A stretch of 24,000 nt of DNA from the NCBI GenBank assembly GCA_913009695.1, contig CAJVWV010000011.1, positions 1-24,000 of the forward strand. Direction: 5' to 3'. A model generated the notes under the pieces. That model did not search any database. It was given only the letters and a program-made list of their open reading frames with translations, and was not told the DNA's origin. Of this stretch, positions 8,040-14,145 are shown piece by piece. How positions within the stretch are numbered: the stretch's first letter is position 1; each line of letters starts with the position of its first letter. A program made the position numbers and the translations under genes. This DNA comes from an uncultured bacterium. Its GTDB lineage: Bacteria; Patescibacteriota; Patescibacteriia; Patescibacteriales; SZUA-104.

Positions 8040-8072
8040 AATATTTTAATTTAAATTATTAATCTTATATAA

Positions 8073-8101
8073 ATTATATTATAAAATTTATTTTATTGCA
8101 A
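8073..8101 (-). promoter_or_regulatory. Candidate promoter for hup
   Basis: On the minus strand: TTGCAA (8101-8096), 17 nt, TATAAT (8078-8073). It overlaps the last codons of ymdB. AT-rich background. Confidence 0.4.
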
Positions 8102-8888
8102 CAAATTTTATTATTGGCTTAATATCTGTGGCTTTTCTTGTTTTTGGATTGATTGTTAATAAAACCGCGTTAAAAATCGCTTTACCTTTTTCAGGAAGAA
8201 TATGTTTGTGTTTTATCTGCGTTAAAAATGTTTTTATAATATTTTCTTTATCTACTCCTATACATCCGTCCGCAAATCCAACCATTCCCGCGTCTGTTAT
8301 ATATGCCATTCCTTCTTCTGTAATCTTATGGTCGGCTGTCATAATATGCGTGTGCGTTCCAAGGACAGCGCTCGCTCTTTCGTTAACGTAATGGCCTAAA
8401 GCAACTTTTTCAGCGGTAGCCTCCGCGTGTATATCAACAATTATAGCAGATAAATTTTTTTTGTCCAGGCCATCAATTATTTCATCAAATTTCTTAAATG
8501 GACAATCATAATCCATTTTCATGAAAACCCTGCCGATTAAATTAATCAAAAGAATTTTTTCTTTCCCAACTTTAATAACAATATGACCTTGCCCGGGCGC
8601 GTCTTTAGAAAAGTTAGCCGGTCTTATAATAGGAAAATTATTATCGTTATATGTGTCTCTGTATTTTTCTCTAACAAAAGCATGGTCGCCGGCGGTAAAC
8701 CAATCAACGCCCGCGTCCATCATTTCCTTTAAAGTATTTTCGCTTATGCCGGTGCCATGAGCAATATTTTCCGCGTTAGCAATAACTAAATCGGGTTTTA
8801 TCTTTTTCTTAAGTCCGGGAAGAATCTTAGCTACAGCCTTTCTTCCTACCTTTCCGGATATATCGCCAATGAATAATATGTTTAACAT
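8088..8888 (-). CDS. ymdB: YmdB-family metallophosphoesterase (2',3'-cyclic-nucleotide 2'-phosphodiesterase-like)
   Basis: LFIGDISGKVGR, ANAENIAHGTG and GTHTHIMTAD motifs. It lies immediately downstream of rny, the same arrangement as the Bacillus subtilis rny-ymdB pair. Confidence 0.88.
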   Translation of the reverse strand: MLNILFIGDISGKVGRKAVAKILPGLKKKIKPDLVIANAENIAHGTGISENTLKEMMDAGVDWFTAGDHAFVREKYRDTYNDNNFPIIRPANFSKDAPGQGHIVIKVGKEKILLINLIGRVFMKMDYDCPFKKFDEIIDGLDKKNLSAIIVDIHAEATAEKVALGHYVNERASAVLGTHTHIMTADHKITEEGMAYITDAGMVGFADGCIGVDKENIIKTFLTQIKHKHILPEKGKAIFNAVLLTINPKTRKATDIKPIIKFVAIK

Positions 8889-8898
8889 AAATTAGTAA

Positions 8899-9000
8899 AA
8901 AGTTTATAAAGTTTAAAGTCTATAAAGTCATTAATATTAAAAGTAAATATAGACTATTCTACTCTACAACTTTTGACTTTATGGACTTTTGACTTGTGAC
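8899..9000. repeat. Symmetric array of AAAGTY / RACTTT hexamers (4 + 4) with an embedded 15-nt inverted repeat
   Basis: AAAGT starts at 8899, 8908, 8915 and 8924. GACTT starts at 8975, 8984, 8991 and 8997. AAGTCTATAAAGTCA (8916-8930) matches the reverse complement of TGACTTTATGGACTT (8974-8988) at 14/15. Confidence 0.55.
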
Positions 9001-10515
9001 TTACCTCGCGTATTCCGTTACTCTCATTTCCCTAATAACGTTAACTTTAACTTCACCAGGGTATTTTAATTCATCTTCAATTTTTTTAGCAATATCACGG
9101 GCTAAGTTATGGGCCTTTAAGTCATCAACTTCTTCAGGGGTTACAAAAACTCTAACCTCACGGCCGGCTTGAATAGCGTAAGATTTTTCAATTCCTTCAA
9201 AAGAGCTAGCAATTTTTTCCAGCTCTTCAAGGCGTTGAATATATCTTTCATAGGTGTCGTGCCTTGCGCCCGGTCTAGCGGACGAAATAGCGTCAGCCGT
9301 TTTTACAATAACCGAAATAAGTCCTCGCGGTTTATCGTCATGATGAGTTTCAATCGGAGCGATTATTTCCTCAGGTAAACCAAATTTCTTAGCGATATTT
9401 CGACCGATTTCCGGATGAGTTCCCTGTACTTCATGGTCAACCGCTTTTCCTATATCATGAAGAAGTCCGCCTTTTTTAGCAAGCGTAACGTCGGCTCCCA
9501 ATTCTTCGGCTAACAAAGCCGAAAGATGGGCTACCTCCATTGAATGCTGCAAGGCGTTCTGCCCATAGCTTGTTCTATATTTAAGCCGTCCAATAATCTG
9601 CACCAATTTAGGATCAAAACCGGTAATGCCTATTTCATACAAAGACTCCTCACCGGCCTTTTTAATATCAAGCGCCAGCTCTTTTCTTGCTTCTTCAATC
9701 GCTTCTTCAATTTTTGTGGGATGAATACGTCCGTCAAGAATAAGGCGGTCTAGCGCCCTTTTGGCGACATGCCTTCTTATTAAAGAATAACCGGAAATAG
9801 TTATGGCGTTAGGCGTATCATCAACGATAATTTCAGTTCCTGTTAGCTGTTCAATAACCTTAATATTCCTGCCCTCGCGCCCGATAATGCGGCCCTTCAT
9901 TTCGTCATTGGGAATATCAACGTTAGTAGTAGTAAGTTCAGCCGTGCAAGAAGAGGCCAGCCTTTGGATGGCCTGCGATATTAAATCACGGCCCTTTTCC
10001 TCTAAAACTTCAGCAGATTCCTTTTCCAGCTTATTAATGCGGGACATTAAATCGTCTTTGGTTTGCTCTTCAACGTTCCGCATTAGCACCTCCCTTGCTT
10101 CATCTTTTGTCATTTTAGCGATCTTGCCCAGTTTTTCCAGCTGTTCTTCTTTAATTTTATTAATTTTTTCTTTAACTTCTTCAACTTTACCGACTTTATC
10201 GTAAAGTTGTTGTTGCTTTTCCTGCAATTCCAATAACTTTTGCGAAAAAACATTTTCCCTTTTTTCCAGCCTGGCTTGCAGGTTATTAATATCCTGTCTG
10301 CGCTTTTCTTCTTCCTGTTTGGCTTCTTTAATTGTAACTAAAGCCTTTTCTTCGGCATGTAATAAAATTTCAGCCTGTTTTGCTTTAGCTTCTGAAATCA
10401 ATTTTTCCGCTTTAGCTTCAGAAGATTTTATTCTTGATTTAGTTGTTTTCTTACGAATCCAATAGCCAACAAAAAAACCAACTATAGCTAATACAACTCC
10501 AATAATATATTCCAT
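9001..10515 (-). CDS. rny: Ribonuclease Y
   Basis: N-terminal TM helix, long K/E-rich coiled coil, KH domain (GRIIGREGRNIK) and HD domain (LLHDIGKAVDHE). Confidence 0.95.
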   Translation of the reverse strand: MEYIIGVVLAIVGFFVGYWIRKKTTKSRIKSSEAKAEKLISEAKAKQAEILLHAEEKALVTIKEAKQEEEKRRQDINNLQARLEKRENVFSQKLLELQEKQQQLYDKVGKVEEVKEKINKIKEEQLEKLGKIAKMTKDEAREVLMRNVEEQTKDDLMSRINKLEKESAEVLEEKGRDLISQAIQRLASSCTAELTTTNVDIPNDEMKGRIIGREGRNIKVIEQLTGTEIIVDDTPNAITISGYSLIRRHVAKRALDRLILDGRIHPTKIEEAIEEARKELALDIKKAGEESLYEIGITGFDPKLVQIIGRLKYRTSYGQNALQHSMEVAHLSALLAEELGADVTLAKKGGLLHDIGKAVDHEVQGTHPEIGRNIAKKFGLPEEIIAPIETHHDDKPRGLISVIVKTADAISSARPGARHDTYERYIQRLEELEKIASSFEGIEKSYAIQAGREVRVFVTPEEVDDLKAHNLARDIAKKIEDELKYPGEVKVNVIREMRVTEYAR

Positions 10516-10776
10516 ATTATTATGCTTTTACAAACTGAAAAGGTTGTGAGACAAAAGAAAAATTAGCCAATTTTATGTTGGTTCTTAATACTAAATGAAA
10601 TGTGAGAGAAATGATTAGTTTGATTATAAATAAAGTTCATTTTTTTCTCAATTTAGTTTAATCCTGTCTTGGATTTTCCGCTAATTTTAGTTAATATCCG
10701 ACATGTCCATTTCCTTCATAATTTTCGTGTCTATATTTTTTCAGCTGTAAATTATTATTTATTATTTACAAGATTT

Positions 10777-10805
10777 ATACTATCATAAGCCTTTATTTTT
10801 TGCAA
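10777..10805 (-). promoter_or_regulatory. Candidate promoter for rny (implies a leader of about 255 nt)
   Basis: On the minus strand: TTGCAA (10805-10800), 17 nt, TAGTAT (10782-10777), with an extended -10 TG (TGATAGTAT). Confidence 0.45.
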
Positions 10806-10817
10806 CCCCGCTCCTTT

Positions 10818-10900
10818 GTCATCCTGAACTTGATTCAGAATCCAGGAGTAAACAATCCGTACGGCTCTCCACTGGATTCCGGCTCTGCGGCCGGAATGAC
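10818..10900. repeat. 83-nt double-hairpin palindromic element (GTCAT...ATGAC type), MITE/REP-like
   Basis: The left arm is GTCATCCTGAACTTGATTCAGAATCCAG. The reverse complement of the right arm is GTCATTCCGGCCGCAGAGCCGGAATCCAG. The flanks are shared, and the inner stems differ but both still pair (CTGAA/TTCAG versus TTCCGGC/GCCGGAA). Confidence 0.75.
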
Positions 10901-10943
10901 AAAAAAAATAAAAAAAACGCCACAATCGTTATAAAATTGCGGC
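10901..10943 (-). terminator. Rho-independent terminator of the clpP operon
   Basis: Minus-strand RNA forms GCCGCAAU-(9 nt)-AUUGUGGC, followed by GUUUUUUUUAUUUUUUUU. Confidence 0.7.
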
Positions 10944-10955
10944 ATAAATTTGAAA

Positions 10956-11141
10956 TTAATTTTTTCCTTCAGTGTATTGTGGAATGTAGACGCATAACTC
11001 TGTTACTACATTATCTTTCTCGATGAATGTATTAAAACGATTATCTTCTACCATTTTACGTAACAGCTTTTTGTTTGCGTCGTTCTCAGGCTTAAAGGTA
11101 AGCATAAAATTAGCTGTTGTTTCATCCTCTGTTACAATCAT
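10956..11141 (-). CDS. Hypothetical small protein (61 aa)
   Basis: ORF with an AAGGA-like SD upstream. Co-oriented with clpP and followed by the terminator. No family recognised. Confidence 0.5.
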   Translation of the reverse strand: MIVTEDETTANFMLTFKPENDANKKLLRKMVEDNRFNTFIEKDNVVTELCVYIPQYTEGKN

Positions 11142-11161
11142 TTTCCATCCTTTAATTTCAA

Positions 11162-11473
11162 TTATAATTCTGAAAGCGTTATTTCAAGGTTCATCGGTTC
11201 TATTAGCTCAAACCACAGATCATGATTAAGAAAAAAAAGCTCTTCTCTTAATTTTTTCATTTTTTCTTCAAGCTTTTTAAGTTGAGCCGTATACTCTTCA
11301 TTTAATTCGCCTAAAACTTTTTTTGATTTTTTCAATTTTTGTTTTGTCTCTTTAATGTCTTTCTCAAAAGAGTTAAAAATATCTTCAATAGCTTTAGCTC
11401 TCTTGCCAAATTCAGTATCTACGTCAAATCCAGCATTACTTTTATAAGTAGACCGTTTTTTCTTATCAGTCAT
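11162..11473 (-). CDS. Hypothetical K/E-rich coiled-coil protein (103 aa)
   Basis: Strong SD AAGGAGGG lies 5 nt upstream of the ATG, 24 nt after the clpP stop. No family recognised. Confidence 0.6.
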   Translation of the reverse strand: MTDKKKRSTYKSNAGFDVDTEFGKRAKAIEDIFNSFEKDIKETKQKLKKSKKVLGELNEEYTAQLKKLEEKMKKLREELFFLNHDLWFELIEPMNLEITLSEL

Positions 11474-11497
11474 GGCACCCTCCTTTTATATTTTAAA

Positions 11498-12079
11498 TTA
11501 TTGTTTCGTAATAATCTTATCTATAATTCCATACTTCTTCGCTTCGTCCGCGCCCATGAATCTATCACGATCAGTGTCTTTTTCAATTTTAGAAATCGGC
11601 TGGCCTGTATGTTCAGCTAAAATTTTATTTAATTTGTCTTTGATTTTTAAAATATGTTCAGACCTTATTTTAATGTCAGAAGCTTGACCTTCAAAACCGC
11701 CCATAACTTGATGGATCATAATTTCTGAATTAGGCAAAGACAATCTTTTGCCCTTAGCTCCGGCGGAAAGAAGTACCGCGCCCATACTAGCGGCCATACC
11801 AACGCAGATAGTAGAAACGTCTGACTTAATATATTGCATTGTATCGTAAATCGCCATACCGGCGGTTACCGAACCTCCGGGAGTATTAATATAGAACTTA
11901 ATATCCTTATTTTTGTTTTCCGCGTCTAAAAAAAGAAACTGGGCAATAACAATATTAGCGACGTGATCCGAAATCGGTTCGCCTAAAAATATAATGCGAT
12001 CTTTTAAAAGGCGCGAATAAATATCATAAGCGCGTTCGCCATGTGTTGATTTTTCTATAACTGTTGGTATAAGTGGCAT
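11498..12079 (-). CDS. clpP: ATP-dependent Clp protease proteolytic subunit
   Basis: [21 protein letters not shown], catalytic Ser in GMAASMGA, and IMIHQ. The ORF track extends to a TTG at 12097. Homology of the N-terminus favours ATG 12079. Confidence 0.93.
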   Translation of the reverse strand: MPLIPTVIEKSTHGERAYDIYSRLLKDRIIFLGEPISDHVANIVIAQFLFLDAENKNKDIKFYINTPGGSVTAGMAIYDTMQYIKSDVSTICVGMAASMGAVLLSAGAKGKRLSLPNSEIMIHQVMGGFEGQASDIKIRSEHILKIKDKLNKILAEHTGQPISKIEKDTDRDRFMGADEAKKYGIIDKIITKQ

Positions 12080-12157
12080 AATGTTGGAAATTTTCAATTT
12101 TCAATTTTCAAACAATTAATAAATTGAATAATTTTTAATTTAGTAAAATCTGAGTTT

Positions 12158-12186
12158 ATTGTATAGATAAAATTGATTATTGTCAA
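12158..12186 (-). promoter_or_regulatory. Candidate promoter for the clpP operon
   Basis: On the minus strand: TTGACA (12186-12181), 17 nt, TACAAT (12163-12158). Confidence 0.55.
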
Positions 12187-12259
12187 TAAAATAAAACTTT
12201 AATTAAAATATTTAATAATTTAAATTTCATTTTAAATTTAGACTTTAAAATTTAAAATT

Positions 12260-13249
12260 TTATATAACCTTCCATCCTTTATCCGTTAATTTCAATTTTC
12301 CTTCAATAGTAAATCCCGCCGCTTTAATATGCCCGCCTCCGCCCAAATTCTGGGCAAGTATTGCTACGTTTGCCGTAGGATGCACTGATCTAAAACTTCC
12401 TTTTACTGTACCGTTATTTTGCTCCCTTATAACCATAACCGCCTTAACGTCATGCAAATTACCTAAAAAATTAGGGATACCCTCTAAATCTTCTTCGTCT
12501 AAATCGCCGACATCTTCAATTGTTAAAGCAGTAAAAGCAATATTGTATTTTTTATTAATTTGTACGCGCGACATAGCCTTACCCCAAATTTTTAAAGCAT
12601 TTAGTTTTTTGTTGCGTAAAGTATTGTCCATAATCCGCGGCAGATTCGCGCCAAGAGAAAGCATTTCGCTTGATATTTTAATCGTTTTGTCCGTAGTAGT
12701 CTGATAAATAAAGTTTCCAGAGTCGGTTAGAATCCCGGCTAAAATACAATTAGCCATATTTTTATTTATTTTAATTTTATTGGCTTTAAAAAAATTATAA
12801 ATTAAAATAGTTGTGGAAGCGGCCTCAGAATCTCTTAATTCAAGATTCGCGTAATCTTCAGTTTTGATATGATGATCTATTTCAATTAAAAACTGTTTTT
12901 CACTTCTATTAGATATTTCATCAGCCAGCTTTGTCCTGTCCGGACTGCCGCAATCAAAAACAATAATTAAATCAAAATCCTCAAAATTAAAAGCAGGCTT
13001 AGCTCCATCTCCTCTGGATGAGGCAATCTTTTCTATATGTGGTATAAAATCAAATTGATGCGAGGGCGCGTCATTGCAAAAAGCAAAATATGATTTATTC
13101 ATACTTTCTAATAATTCAATCATAGAGCAAACCGAAGAAACCGCGTCAATGTCCGGCTTTTCATGCGTAAGCAGCAAAACATTGTCCGCTTTCTTTATCT
13201 TATTATATATTTTATTGTACATTACTTCATTACTCACCCCGTTAAACAT
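12260..13249 (-). CDS. DHH/DHHA1 family phosphoesterase (NrnA-like oligoribonuclease / pAp phosphatase)
   Basis: Motifs HEKPDIDAVSS, FDCG, EIDHH and the DHHA1 motif GGGGHIKAAG. The start is uncertain, with an alternative ATG at 13222. Confidence 0.85.
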   Translation of the reverse strand: MFNGVSNEVMYNKIYNKIKKADNVLLLTHEKPDIDAVSSVCSMIELLESMNKSYFAFCNDAPSHQFDFIPHIEKIASSRGDGAKPAFNFEDFDLIIVFDCGSPDRTKLADEISNRSEKQFLIEIDHHIKTEDYANLELRDSEAASTTILIYNFFKANKIKINKNMANCILAGILTDSGNFIYQTTTDKTIKISSEMLSLGANLPRIMDNTLRNKKLNALKIWGKAMSRVQINKKYNIAFTALTIEDVGDLDEEDLEGIPNFLGNLHDVKAVMVIREQNNGTVKGSFRSVHPTANVAILAQNLGGGGHIKAAGFTIEGKLKLTDKGWKVI

Positions 13250-13299
13250 ATGGTTTGTTTAATAATTAACCCTGCTAAACATAAAAATGTCTAACGGGG
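13237..13299 (-). promoter_or_regulatory. 13-bp helix pairing the nrnA-like start region with its leader
   Basis: In the minus-strand RNA, CCCCGUUAGACAU (13299-13287) pairs with AUGUUUAACGGGG (13249-13237). That is 12 Watson-Crick pairs plus 1 G-U, with a 37-nt loop. The helix includes the annotated AUG. Confidence 0.4.
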
Positions 13300-13331
13300 T
13301 TCAACTTGATGTCTAATATAGACCATCATAC

Positions 13332-13360
13332 ATCATATATGTTTTTATGATTAATGTCAA
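13332..13360 (-). promoter_or_regulatory. Candidate promoter for the nrnA-like gene
   Basis: On the minus strand: TTGACA (13360-13355), 17 nt, TATGAT (13337-13332). Confidence 0.45.
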
Positions 13361-13383
13361 TATATGCCATATAAAAAAAGACC

Positions 13384-13428
13384 AAAAATCGTTCAAGGCA
13401 TAAATTATAAACCTTGAACGATTTTTTT
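13384..13428. terminator. Hairpin terminator downstream of tRNA-Leu (symmetric A/T flanks)
   Basis: AAAAATCGTTCAAGG (13384-13398) pairs with CCTTGAACGATTTTT (13412-13426), with a 13-nt loop. Confidence 0.7.
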
Positions 13429-13433
13429 ATTTG

Positions 13434-13515
13434 TGCAGGTGGTGGGACTCGAACCCACACGGATTGCTCCACTTGGTCCTAAGCCAAGCGTGTATACCAG
13501 TTTCACCACACCTGC
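13434..13515 (-). tRNA. tRNA-Leu (anticodon TAG), class II with long variable arm
   Basis: The reverse complement folds as acceptor GCAGGTG/CACCTGC, anticodon stem CTTGG/CCAAG, loop CTTAGGA, variable arm TGGAGCAATCCGT, and T arm GTGGG-TTCGAGT-CCCAC. Confidence 0.93.
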
Positions 13516-13520
13516 ATTGT

Positions 13521-13550
13521 CACGTTGTAGCTTTAGCGAAAGCGGACGTG
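13521..13550. repeat. GC-rich imperfect hairpin in the tRNA-Leu leader
   Basis: CACGT..GCTTT-AGCG-AAAGC..ACGTG. It shares the AGCTTTAGCG core with 17365-17392, but the relationship is uncertain. Confidence 0.45.
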
Positions 13551-13560
13551 TACAATATGT

Positions 13561-13589
13561 ATTCTTATAAAAATAAAGCTTTTTGTCAA
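13561..13589 (-). promoter_or_regulatory. Candidate promoter for tRNA-Leu
   Basis: On the minus strand: TTGACA (13589-13584), 17 nt, AAGAAT (13566-13561). Confidence 0.35.
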
Positions 13590-13702
13590 ACCTATTTTAA
13601 TTATACCAGAAAATATGGTATTATAATAATAGTTAATTTAATAAAATAATATAAAAAACATAAAACATGTTATGTGTTACGTGTTTTATGTTACGTGAAA
13701 AT

Positions 13703-14029
13703 ATGTCAGACAAAAAAACAACAACACCAAAAGACCAAGACGTTGAAGCTAATAAAACCGTCGCGGCTTTGTCTTATTTTTGGATTTTATGCTTAGTGCC
13801 GCTTCTTGGGAAAAAAGATTCTAAATTCGCGCAATTTCACGCTAAGCAAGGTTTAGTGCTTTTTATTATTGAGGTAATCGGAGGGTTGGTATTTTGGTTT
13901 CCATTATTCGGACAACTCTTAATGCTTGCCTTGGTTGTGATATCTGTTATGGGTATTGTTAAAGCTTTAAACGGCGAATGGTGGGAAATTCCATTTATTT
14001 ATGAATGGAGTAAAAAAATTAATTTATAA
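13703..14029 (+). CDS. Small multi-pass membrane protein, DUF4870-like
   Basis: The pattern AALSYFWILCLVPLL..KDSKFAQFHAKQGLVL followed by two more hydrophobic helices. The ORF is open from ATG 13667, but that N-terminus (MLCVTCFML) overlaps a repeat, so ATG 13703 (MSDKKTT) is preferred. Confidence 0.72.
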   Translation: MSDKKTTTPKDQDVEANKTVAALSYFWILCLVPLLGKKDSKFAQFHAKQGLVLFIIEVIGGLVFWFPLFGQLLMLALVVISVMGIVKALNGEWWEIPFIYEWSKKINL

Positions 14030-14145
14030 CATACTCTCGGCGAATCAACGAATTTTACCACAAATGCAACGAATATCCATAAATAATATTTAAAATTATT
14101 CGCGGCATTCGTTATTAAATTTGTAGATTTGCTGGGAAACAATTT

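Noticed and set aside
9169-10204. ORFs 9169..9378(+), 9544..9753(+) and 9803..10204(+)
   Set aside because: They are antisense to rny, and their Ser/Leu-rich low-complexity peptides mirror the K/E-rich coding strand.
13431-13649. ORF 13431..13649(+), 72 aa
   Set aside because: It is a translation of the antisense strand of tRNA-Leu (CRWWDSNPH..) plus the adjacent GC-rich hairpin. This is a classic tRNA-derived false ORF.
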